Assembly (NCBI RefSeq): GCF_000743755.1
Contig: NW_014569499.1
Location: 1-46,305 of the forward strand
From: Blastocystis sp. subtype 4
Taxonomy: Eukaryota
Length of the DNA: 46,305 nt
Reading direction: 5' to 3'
A program made the translations under genes and the position numbers. The notes under the pieces were generated by a model. That model did no database searches. It saw only the letters and a list, made by a program, of their open reading frames with translations, and was not told where the DNA came from. Below, in pieces: positions 35,659 through 46,305 of the stretch; position 1 is the first letter of the stretch; each line of letters opens with the position of its first letter.

Positions 35659-35675
35659 TGTTTCTTTCACAAACA
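35659..35675. terminator. Back-to-back GU-rich elements (DUF4954-like + / LRR -)
   Basis: TGTTTCTT, 1-nt gap, CACAAACA. Confidence 0.75.
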
Positions 35676-35691
35676 AATACTAAAAGCTAAT

Positions 35692-37936
35692 TCAACTAGT
35701 ATACAGCACAAAAATGACAACGTTCCACGGCATTATCTATTCTGATAATCATATTCACATAAATACTGGTCGTAGTATCATTCTGACGAGTAAGTTGTGA
35801 TATTAACTGAATTGATTCTTCTGAAAGCGAAGCAGTATTGACAATGAATGAATCATAGAGTAAAGAATACTGTTGAGAATAGGTAAATAGTACGCTGATG
35901 TCGGAATCTGTGAGTTGAGTGTCTACATCACAAATGAATGTTGAATCTTACTATGCAAATCAAGTATCCGAACAGTTTTCAATAGGGGTAGAATTACTTT
36001 GATAATAATTGACATAGGTGATGCATCTATACATGAGGTGAGTTTTCAACTCTTACGAATAACTGTGAGATATTCTAGTTTGATTCCCGTAAGAGCATCT
36101 TCATTCATATCACATGGACTTTCAGATGGAGTTACATTGATGTCTACATCTTAGCTCTTAACTCTGTATTCACTTTCTAAAATGAGATATTTGGTGACAG
36201 GAGGAATCATCTTAAGAGCTTCAACAAACGATGATTCTGGCTGATGCATTCCGATTAGATAAACTTGCTTAAGAGATGGTAAAGCGAGAGATTGAAATGA
36301 AGAGTTCAAGATTAGTGATATCGATTGAGGACTAGAATCTACAATCGATAACAATGTCATATTCTACTGGCCCATTTCAAGCATCGGGTTGTATGACTCA
36401 AATAGAAATTAGGAATTGAGTCAACTGATGTTTGTACTATGACATAATTAATGCTCAACATTAACACAGTTTATAGAAACTAAGGAACAAATGTGCTTGT
36501 TAGCCTCCAAACTATATTCAGATTCAATCAAGTATTGATCCTCTTCAACAATTTTAAAACTCCTTATCATGGGGAATCCCTCACCATCAACCACTCTGAA
36601 AAAATCAAAGACTTGATTAAGCAGAACAGAGCAGTCTACATCAGAATCAATTCATATATCAACTCTTCAGAGCAATAGTCTTGATACTTGACAAAGATCG
36701 TTCCTTTGCCACACCAATCAACAGTTTCATTCCTTCTTCTCCTAGAGATTCTTCTAATAGTAAGAATAACAAGGAAGAACTACCAAGAATAAGGGTTTGA
36801 AGAGTAGGAACAGATGATGCTGTGAGAATTGTGGGGAGGACTTGAATACTCTCTGGAGAAAGATGATTTTCTAATAAAGAGATGAAGACGAGGTATACGA
36901 CCGATAGTAAGATGTTTGAGATTGAATGACTTGTTAGGAGTACTCTTTACAAATAAAGAGAAGGAATCATCAGCCGAAGTATCTTTAAATGAATGAAATA
37001 TTTGAGACATACTGATGATAGAAAAGGATTCCCAATATTTGGATGAGAAGATAAAACCAAGTCCTTCTCCACTAATAGGATTATCTAAGTCAATAGAGAG
37101 AATGCAATGATGTACTGTCAAATATGACATTTATCATTCCATCTAAACGACGAATTAGTCGATGAACAAAAACAGCACCAGCTGCAGTAATACCATTATC
37201 TAACTAATATAAGATGAAAAGATATACTCGAAATATCCAGCAAAGCAAGAGAAGGACAGGGAGGAGGATTGGGACGTCGTAAACAGGATGCAATCGAGTC
37301 GATTCCATTATCACCGATTGAATTACCTGGAAATAAGTATAATTCAACCACTTAAACCAGCAACACTAAGATACTGCAAATAGGGAAATCCCATTCGCAG
37401 TGTGTCTGCTAAGTAACCTGCTCCTACACTAGTAAAGGTATTATCTACAGCTAAGTGAACATGCAGAAGTCAACTGGAGAGATCAAGAGACTTCAGACAT
37501 TCTCTCATCGGAACAATTTCAAAAACTTGCAAAACCCGTTTTAATCCCTGGTCGTCAAGTTGCTTAGCTACCAACTTATACAAAATGACTATCGGAATAC
37601 AAGACAAGTCAATTCGTGCCGATTTTGCCTACATGTCAAGTCACAGAAGTACCTCTACCGCAATCTCCACAACCGAAGCGCCAAGTTGTATTTGATATGT
37701 ACTGGACTCCTGACTGTATACATAACTTTTCTGTTGAAGACTGTTCATCCCATCAACTCAACACTTGAAACAGTTCACTTTCATACGAAAACCGTGGTTC
37801 TGTAAACACGATTAAGATCCTGGATTCTACAAAAGGATGAGGGTCTGGTTCTCTTCAGCTTTGCAAAACCGTGTTTATTGAGTTTCGCACACGGTAATAC
37901 TTTGAAAACAAAGGTCGCTATTTGATTGGTTAACAT
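35692..37936 (-). CDS. Leucine-rich repeat (RI-like) protein, many exons; ends tentative
   Basis: Spliced LDDQGLKRVL..LKSLDLSNNTFTSVGAGYLADTL..LQYLSVAGNSIGDNGIDSIA..LALLDISNNGITAAG. Confidence 0.7.
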
Positions 37937-38047
37937 CTCCCTCCTTAACGAGAGAATCCATATCACTGTTTCTAGTTATAATGAATGATACATTGTGTGC
38001 TACATCGAATACTCTGATTACAATCCAGAAGTAAGGATACTGACAAT

Positions 38048-39022
38048 ATGATCAGTAGATTTCTTTCCGCATTTCTCGAAAGACTGTCTAAAGCAAGGTT
38101 ATCGGTCGAATCGATCGATCCAAATGGAAAGGATGTGTATAGTATCCGCCAACTGAGTACTCGTATCATTCAACAATGGAACTCACTCTTTCCTAACAAT
38201 CTTATTCAAAGTTTTGATGATATATCAACAAACACACTCATTGCAGCAAAGACAAGGTAAGTGACGTGATATGTGGTCACATACAGAGAGGAGGTGGTAT
38301 TGGACCGATCGACCCAACAGAAGCAGAAGCTATTGATTGAAGTAGAGGTCCTTCGTAGTCGTTGGCAGCAGTGCCAGATGGAATCAAATCACTTGAAAGA
38401 AGAGTGATGACCAAGTGAGTAAATGATACATAGAATTGCTCAACTGAACTCTGATATCCATGTTGCATCCTCAGCACAACAACATCTCCAACAAGAAAGG
38501 CACTCACTTGTGAGTACTCTGTCTTCACTGCAGTTGCAGAAACAGCATGAAGACACTGAACTTCGAAACCTACAAGAAACAAAACTGAGTATCCTGGAGG
38601 AATTAGTAACAGAACAGCAGATGGTATCATCTCTTCGAACATCCATTCAAGCTCTACAACAAGAGAAACTAACACAAAGCAAGGAATTGGAACGTGTAAG
38701 CATTAATAGATTCAGTAACAGGGAGATGAAGGACGAACAGCTTCTCCTGACACATGAACTTGATGTACTTCATCAAGAAGTGTCTGGAGAAGCAACGGTG
38801 AATCACACTAATACAATGACAGCCACTGCCCACTCGTCAGCAACGATTCGATGTGAGAATCCACTTCCTGATGACGATACTATTGTCATCCCTGCAATCC
38901 AAATACGAAGTATTGCTCGGAGGAATCGACGTCAACGAAGGAAAAACAACAAACTAGGAGTTCGACGAGAAGTGAAACAAAACCTCTTTGCTGATGATAC
39001 GTTTTGGTCCCCTCTTTGTTAA
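38048..39022 (+). CDS. Coiled-coil protein of unknown function
   Basis: 30-nt introns link ORF 38048-38260 to ORF 38423-39022 in frame; Q/E/L heptads and a basic RRNRRQRRK patch. Confidence 0.65.
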
Positions 39023-39028
39023 CAAACA
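39013..39028. terminator. Near-palindromic bidirectional GU-rich element (coiled-coil + / RPS18 -)
   Basis: TCTTTGTTAACAAACA. Confidence 0.75.
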
Positions 39029-39063
39029 ACTCACCACGTAAACAGCATTCGTCTGATCAACCC

Positions 39064-39636
39064 TTACTTCTTGGCAGAGACACCCACAGACTTTCCGAAA
39101 CGACCAGTGGTCTTGGTGTGCTGACCACGGACCTTCAAGTTCCAATAGTGACGAAGACCACGGTTAGCACTATCCATTACTATCTCACATCTTCTCCTAC
39201 CGCATCTTCTTCAAACGGTTCAGATCCTCACGGAGATTGGCCTGGAGGTTGTTAGCAACGATCTGCTTGTACTTTCCAGTCTCGACATCCTTCTGTCTGT
39301 TCAAGAACCATTCGGGAATGTTGTACTGCAGAGGGCTAGAGATGACGGCAATCAGTCTGTCGATCTCATCGTTGCTCAGCTCTCCAGCACTAAAAAATCA
39401 CTTCGTAGAGAAATACTAAGTACCGCTTGCGAATATCGACTTCAGCCTTCTTGCACACAGCAGTGGCAAAACGACGACCAATACCCTTAATAGAAGTCAA
39501 GGCATAGACAATTTTCTGCTTTCCATCGATATTGGTGTTGAGCACACGGAGAATGTGCTGGAACTCTCCCTGGTTAACAAGAGCCTATACAATGGAATTA
39601 GAACATTCCTGATACTCATTCATAAAGACATACCAT
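39064..39636 (-). CDS. RPS18: 40S ribosomal protein S18 (uS13)
   Basis: [40 protein letters not shown]...[11 protein letters not shown]...[18 protein letters not shown]; missed by the ORF track. Confidence 0.97.
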
Positions 39637-40175
39637 GCTATTCTGGAATCTATTTTCAATTATTCACAGTTCGGGGTTTATCAAGTGGGATGCGGTGCCA
39701 CAATTGGGCTTAACTGACCCAAGTATTTTCCATTTTGTATATAGAAGTTTTCCCAAACAAACATATTCCATCGATTATACAATAGTGTATATATCTTTCT
39801 GACGGGATTCACTTTCGAATTCCATCTAACATAAACAATCTATCTCGATTCTGATGCAGAAGTGAATAATTAGCATGCTGAGAAATATTAGCATACGAAT
39901 TCACTCCACGAGGCAATCATTGGGATTGTATCTATGATCCCTACTCCAGATTTGCCAATAGTATTTTAAGAACAAACTGAACTTAATAAATTAATCATCC
40001 ATAACAGTCTTGAATAGAATGAATTAGGGACATATTATTGACAGAATGGACCCAATTACATTTGAAAGAAAAGTGTGATTCGTAGCTGTGACGGCTGCCT
40101 TATAGTTATTTTAGTACTTTTTGAATACTTTCTTTCTACAATCTGATCTTATCAGTTGACTGTTGTTCTGGTGAA

Positions 40176-42770
40176 ATGTCCTCGTGGTTGAGTGAAAATA
40201 CGGTTGGGTCATCCCATATCATTGAAACAACACCTAGTAATGTAGTTCAAGTGGCAGAGGAGTGTTCAAGTAACAAGGTACTATCGATATCTTGACTTTA
40301 TAGTATGTCATAAAACGGTCCAGGGTGGTTTTTTCTGCCAAGACTGCAGTGCAGGGTAGGCGGTAATGTAATTGTGTTTATTTTCCAGGTTATTGACAGT
40401 AGAAAACTCGAAAGGGACATTGGACATCCCCGAAGTTGATTACACTTCTGTCAAACAGTCGTGGAAGTCGGATGACAAGACCTCGCTCCCTGCTTTTCCT
40501 TGGGGAGCAATCCCATCTGACACAGTATATTCAGGGTATTTTTCATGTATTGATCTGATTTCTAGTTCTCTTGGTGAGTATTCCTTGTCTCAACCTTCCA
40601 TCTTTGGGCAACGAGGATCCCATTCTACTCACCGTTTTTCGTTGGATATCGGAGAAGAAGAATTTCTTGCTAACAATGGTAATCAGCCTGGAGAAGTCTT
40701 CTCTTCATCCTTGAATCCTTCATATGTACCGTTCTCCTCTTCAGTACGCTCTGAATTCATTTTTCATCTAGGTTTATTCATCTCGACGCAGAGCATCAAC
40801 ATCAGGTGTTCTTCCTTTAGGTTCTTCTCTTACTCCACCTGATGATGCCGTCTCGTCAAATGTGCCTTACGATATTGATCCCTATGAGTCATCAACTGGT
40901 ATTTCTCTTCGTTCTCTGTAACTTCCAGAACCCATGTTCTCTCACTCACTGGCTACAGACACACTGTCTTCAGATCTCCATGATCCTCTGTCTCTTTCTC
41001 ATGATGTAGGTGCTCATGACATTCTTCTCTCATCTCGTCTGGATCCTTATTCACTTATGGATCTGCCTGATGGAACTGAGGATGTCTCGCTCCTCCCTGA
41101 TTTGGGCTCTATTCGTACTGGTCGCAGTCTAAGTGAAGTCGACATAAGTCTACCAGAGTCTTTTGATTATACCATGTCTGGAGGAGTGGGAAGTTATTTG
41201 AGTCGTGGGTCGTTGACTAGTTCTGTTGCTCCAAAGACTGAAACATGTTTCTGTTGGTGATAGTTCTGAGTTATAGTTGACTCTCTGCATCCTTCTCTAC
41301 GCAGAAATAGTGTCAGTTCTCTCTCTCAATTGAATCCTTTGACAGAAGACAATATTTTCTCTCTATCTTCTGTGACTCCTGTTCGATCACCTAGTCTCCA
41401 ACCTCTTGTCAAAGGTTCTTTACCATATCCTGCTAATCGGTCGTCGTTGCTACAATCCTTTCCGAATGGTTCTGCTCTGCAGAGTGAGATTGTATTGAAG
41501 TCTGAATCCAATCTGTCACAGACTTCTCCCCAAGGATCCTCGAGTCCCATCATAGGCTTCTTTGGTATGAGAATAAGCGAGAGTTGATTGTTAGATGCAT
41601 CAGAACTAAAGAAGTGGCATGAGTTCGAAGTCTTCCGTGGTCGTGTCGTTGAAATGGTGTGTACTCAGAATGGGTCGAAATCTCTTCAGGTGGATGGTTT
41701 GAAGAATGCATGATAAATAGAATTTCTTGAATAGTTCGATGTCAGAGAAGGTACGTACGAGTGTTATTGACAATATTGTGATGGAGTTGGCTCCTACAGG
41801 ATCACGAATCATTTGCGATACATTTGGAAATTACTTCTATCAACTCTTGTTTAAGAAGGCATCTGATGAACAGAAGGAGACACTGTTACGATCTCTGCTA
41901 CGTGAAGATGGAAGCAGTACTGTCTATGAGATCAGTGTGAATAAGACTGGAACATTTGCATTCCAGAATATCATTGATTTTATGGCAGGACAACGTGTGC
42001 TTGGTGATATGATTGTGAAAGCTCTTCAGAATAGTCGTGTGAATGGTAAGACAGAAGATGTCACATTGAAACTAATCAAGGAGAACAAAGGAACCCATAT
42101 CATTCAGCGAATAATGAAGACCTTTGATGTGTAAGCATACAGGGATGAATGTGACTGTAGAGGCCAGTGGACATCCATCTATACCATCTTATTGGAGAAT
42201 TGCTTCAGTGTGGCGATGGATCGAAATGGAAGTATGGTGTTACGTCTCTGTTATGACCTTGTGGACATTGATCGTAAGGCACAGATTGCTAATGACATTA
42301 TTGCTCATGCACGAGAGTTGGCTGTTGATCCTGTGGGTAATTACGTGGTACAACATGTCCTCTGTATCCCAAAGACGTATGAATTAAAGAATTCATTCAT
42401 GGCTAGAGCTCCAGAATCGGAATTGGAGAGATACAAGTCATTTGTTCGAGGTGTTCTGAGTCATCTTCAGAAACACTATGTGGAGCTGAGCAAGCAGAAG
42501 TATAGCAGCAACGTAGTAGAGAAGTCCATTGCAAATTCTGTGTTGTTGGACGATCGCGCAATCTTCGACGAATTGCTGGCTATCCCTGCGATTCTGCAGT
42601 TACTGGACAATCATTTTGGCACATATGTGTTACAAAAAACATTGCAGTCACTGCAGGCTGTGGAATTGAAGAAGGTGGATGTTGAGGTTCGTTCTAGCAA
42701 GTTAGTGAATGGAGGTCATGGAGTGAGTCTGTTGAACAAGTGGAAGCAGATTATGAATCGCTCAACTTGA
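40176..42770 (+). CDS. Pumilio/PUF RNA-binding protein with Ser-rich N-terminus
   Basis: PUF repeats QNGSKSLQ, FGNYFYQ, TGTFAFQ, KGTHIIQ, NGSMVLR, VGNYVVQ, YSSNVVEK, FGTYVLQ; start tentative. Confidence 0.9.
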
Positions 42771-42831
42771 GTCGTTATTTATCATGTCTAACGCAGTTAT
42801 CTTTACTTTGGTGTATTTCATGTATCGGTAT

Positions 42832-42839
42832 TGTTTGTT
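42832..42839 (+). terminator. GU-rich element of the PUF gene
   Basis: Perfect TGTTTGTT about 60 nt after TGA. Confidence 0.75.
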
Positions 42840-42881
42840 CTGTGAACTGTTTTAATCCTATTTTCTTTTCTATCGGGTTGA

Positions 42882-44734
42882 ATGCAACCAAACTCGACCT
42901 ATTCCACTGGAATAAGTATCACCAGGCCGTTGAAGCAGAAAGAAGGATCTATTGACAGAACAACATCTTGTCTGGATCCTCTTCGAAATGGAAAAGAATC
43001 TGAGAACAGAATCCAGGATGGTAACGAAGTGGAACAAGAATGGAATCCAAACAATTGTATCTTTTTATTGTATCTATTAGTATAGCTCTGATAGAAGAGA
43101 ATTCCCTAATAGGGACGTGTATTAAGAGAGATGAGTGTTTGTCTCCGTTCTCGATGGAAATTGAAGGAAGAGAGGAAGGAGATGGGGTTGTGGATATCCA
43201 GCAAGCAGATTTGATGACAAAAGAACAAGAACTGGATGTTCTAAAACGAGTGTTATGTCAGACTCATTTCGAAATGACTACAATGAAGTTGAGGGCAGAA
43301 GCGATTCAACAGGAGTTGCTATCTCAGGATAATCCTAATCTGACGAATGTATTGGATTTCATTAATGATTTTTTGTCTCTTCCATCGCATATACCAAGTA
43401 TAGTTCTTTCAAACAGTATGACTCCTTCAACAGCCGAATCCCAGCCAAAATCCGCACCTGTCGAGGATTTACCATATCAGACAGACGAACTAGAACAGAG
43501 TGTAGATACACTGCGTTCTGTTGTGGATGAAAATGGTTCTGTGATTGATGATCTTCAAAAGCTTCATTTAGACTCTGTGAGCGATCTTCGTCAACGGTTG
43601 CAAATTCTGTATTCGAACAACAAGCTTCTAACATCCATAATTGAGGACAATAACCAACACACACATGAACTTATGGTTATTATTAATGAAAAGAATGCTG
43701 AGATTCTACGGCTAAGGGATTCGTATGAAGATACTATTTCGTCTCTGAATTCCCAATTGTTTTCAACGCAGACTGAATTGCAATGTGTTAGAATGGAACA
43801 TGAGAAGATACTAGCGGAGGAAGATACTATACAGAATGTTGGAGAGAAGCAGGAAGAGAATGTGGAGGAGGAGAAGCTTTCAGAGTCATATCTGGAGAAT
43901 GAAATTCTGCAGGAGAGGATTGATGAGATGAAAACAAAGATTCTCGAGATGGAGAGTTCTAAAGTCCGCATTGAAGAGGTCGAAAAAGAAGCAGAAATGA
44001 GAATTGCAAATATGCAACGAGAAACAGAAGCAGAAATCCGTTCTCTGGAAGCAAAGATTCGCCAAAAGGATGTAGAACTCGGACAGTTACAAACGTGTAA
44101 CCAAGAATTGGAGAAAGTAAACGAATCTCAGAAGATGGATTGTTCATTGCACCAGACTCAACTACAATGTATGAAGACTGTTCAAACTGCTATTCTTCAT
44201 GTAATGGATCGTTTGGAACGTAATAGGATGTATCCCGCTTCTGGAATCATTTCAGCCTATAAAGATCAAATCCAGAATAGTCCCGCTTCATTAGTTGTTC
44301 CACAGACATTCGTAACCATTGAAACCCCAATGGGGTCTGTTTCGACATCTGATCCAGAAGCGATTTCTCGTTTGATTAAATCTCTTTCTATCAGGCTAAA
44401 AATGGCAGAGGCCAAAGTGGCGTCGCTGGAACGGACAACATCTCGAGAGGATCTTCTGCGAGATGAATTGCAGCGGAAGACAGAAGAGTTGGCGCTAGTA
44501 CGAAGCGAGATGCAGAAATCAAAAGGAGAGTCGGTCGATTTGTCAAGGGATCGGATGATTGAGAATCTCAGTCGAAACAATGAAATTCTTAAACGAAATG
44601 AAACGGTATATCTACAAGTTTTGAGGGAATTGAAGAGATCTGTAAGAAGAAAGGACAAGCAACTTCAGGAGTTCCAGATCATTTTAGATAACGTTCGAAA
44701 AACACAAAGGTTGTATTTTGTTTCTTGTATCTAA
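42882..44734 (+). CDS. Long coiled-coil protein (stop probably poly(A)-completed at T44714)
   Basis: 29-nt intron 43057-43085 joins ORF 42882 to ORF 43040-44734 in frame; extensive E/K/L heptads. Confidence 0.7.
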
Positions 44735-44850
44735 CAGGATTGCTGTGCTCATAATTGGGATAATACTGACCAAAATCTGTATTAATTGGGTCTTTGTCTT
44801 AGACCATTCAGAACGAGAAATATCGACGTGTACCACTCGTCGTTATAGGC

Positions 44851-46141
44851 ATGTCCTCGAAGTTTTCTAGATTGTTTCAGTCGTTCTCTGTCTTTCTTAT
44901 GGGATGGTTTCATTGTTGTAGGCAAAGACACACGGGAAGAAAAGAGAAGATGTCCAGAAAACTAGCGATGATTTACCTTCTGTAGACCCTCTTCCTCCAT
45001 CACAAAACTTGGAGGCTAGTCTAGAAGAGTTTCAAAAGCCGGAGTCCATTTCCCGGGCAAGAAGGAGACTCACTGTGGATGGAGATGAGGCGCATTTGGA
45101 TGGAATCGAGGATATTAGCATGGATATTGATGTTCCTTCATTAGATCAGCCAGAAGAAGATGTCTTCGTTGGAGTATTTGCGGGAAAGTCCCAGAAGGGA
45201 TATATTCCGTATAATCCACGAAAAGTGAATCAAGATTGGATGTTAATCAAAGAAGATGCAGCGACGGGGACCCTTGTTCTTGGTACCTTTGATGGTCATG
45301 GAGAACATGGTCATTGTATCTCGGAAGTGTGTTTTGTATTTGGTAACTGATCGTTAGTTTATCTGTACTAATTTTTACAACAATTTGGTGTCTCATGAAA
45401 AGTTTTCGGTCGATGTGAAGACAGCTGCAGTGGATGCTCTTGCTCAAGCAGAAGCGGAATGCAATTCAAGTAAGCCGTTACATATGGATTGATATGTAGA
45501 TCGTTTTATTAAAACCGAATTCAGTGGAACAACTGCAGTGATTTGTATCATTCGAGGGAGTAGTTTAACAGTGTTGAATGTGGGCGATTCACGTGCTATT
45601 CTAGCATCGGAAGTTGGAGATGAGTGTGTGGTCATGAATCTGACTCGAGATCACAAGCCCAGTCTTCCTGATGAAAGGTCTCGTATTGAGCAAGCAGGTG
45701 GTCGTGTCTTTTCGATGGAATATGATGATGGATATGACGGTCCTATGCGTGTGTGGCTAAAAGATCAAGATATTCCTGGGTTAGCGATGTCTCGTTCGAT
45801 CTGTGACACGGTGGCCCATAGTGTGGGTAATGATGAAAGGAACGACTTCATTGATAGGAGTAATTTCAGAACCTGAGGTGTATGAACGAGTTCTGACGGA
45901 TGATGATCGTGTTTTGGTGATGGGAAGTGATGGTTTGTGGGAATTCATTCCTTCACAAGAAGTGATTCATTTGATTGAGGACTGTGAACAGCCAGATGTT
46001 AGAATGAGGATAGAGAATAAGCTGTAGGAAGCAGTAGAACGGTTGTGTACCATTTCGTGGAAGCGGTGGTTTGATGAAGAGAAAGTTGTTGATGACACTA
46101 CCATTATTGTTGTCTTTTTGGGGAAAGTTGACGAAGCATAG
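44851..46141 (+). CDS. Protein phosphatase 2C (PPM family)
   Basis: NQD, FDGHG, SGTTA, NVGDSRA, DHKP, GLAMSRSICD, GSDGLWE, DDTT; first intron 44890-44921; TAG at 46139-46141. Confidence 0.95.
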
Positions 46142-46167
46142 TCTTTTCTTTTTTATGTGTACTGTGT

Positions 46168-46196
46168 TGTTTGTTACAAAGATGGTTGAACAAACA
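46168..46196. terminator. Opposed TGTTTGTT elements (PP2C + at 46168-46175 / ALT - at 46189-46196)
   Basis: Two perfect motifs on opposite strands, 13 nt apart. Confidence 0.8.
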
Positions 46197-46219
46197 GCTT
46201 ATGATAAATCTGACAACGT

Positions 46220-46305
46220 TTATTGGTATCTGGCCATCCACTTCTTGTGGAAGTTGTTCATTCTCTCGACAACCTGATCAATCTCATTCATAGGAGGAAG
46301 AATGG
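46220..46305 (-). CDS. Alanine aminotransferase, 3' end (runs off window edge)
   Basis: ILPPMNEIDQVVERMNNFHKKWMARYQ* matches the ALT C-terminal TILPP....FH..F/W...Y pattern. Confidence 0.7.
   Translation of the reverse strand, partial: ILPPMNEIDQVVERMNNFHKKWMARYQ

Noticed and set aside
43057..43085. GTATCTTT donor as a GT-AG U12 intron
   Set aside because: 29 nt like ordinary U2 introns and no TCCTTRAY-like branch site
43040..43100. Apparent signal peptide MESKQLYLFIVSISIA
   Set aside because: The hydrophobic part is the translated 29-nt intron 43057-43085
1..46305. CRISPR arrays, tRNA/rRNA genes, transposons, prokaryotic operons or defence systems
   Set aside because: No spaced direct repeats, cloverleafs, rRNA motifs, transposase/RT ORFs or terminal repeats were seen; the sequence is intron-containing eukaryotic DNA

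Overview
Gene-dense nuclear DNA from a eukaryote with a miniaturised genome, almost certainly Blastocystis (anaerobic gut stramenopile). The evidence is ~30-nt GT-AG introns throughout, tiny intergenic spacers, and a TGTTTGTT-like GU-rich element 4 nt downstream of inferred poly(A) sites. About 24 protein genes were reconstructed by hand: a partial bacterial-type UDP-sugar dehydrogenase, a class-3 lipase, a small secreted HRM-repeat protein, organelle-targeted MutS1, IleRS, dUTPase, a type-I membrane protein, RPS25, ZNF830, two intronless lid-less Hsp70s, a CK1/VRK-like kinase, a tandem-UBL/proline-rich protein, AP-2 alpha, a USP7-like deubiquitinase, TRAPPC8, an Hsp110-like-MORN fusion, a DUF4954-like protein, an LRR protein, two coiled-coil proteins, RPS18, a PUF protein, PP2C and a partial alanine aminotransferase. 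Four observations stand out. (1) Two 40-nt AT-AC (U12-type) introns sit in a divergent gene and in a bacterial-like gene. (2) At least 5-6 genes appear to get their UAA stop from polyadenylation. (3) Five convergent gene pairs share back-to-back, near-palindromic bidirectional 3'-processing elements. (4) There is a set of odd Hsp70-superfamily genes, including an Hsp110-like-MORN fusion. All calls come from manual reading; no searches were run, and exon boundaries are inferences.
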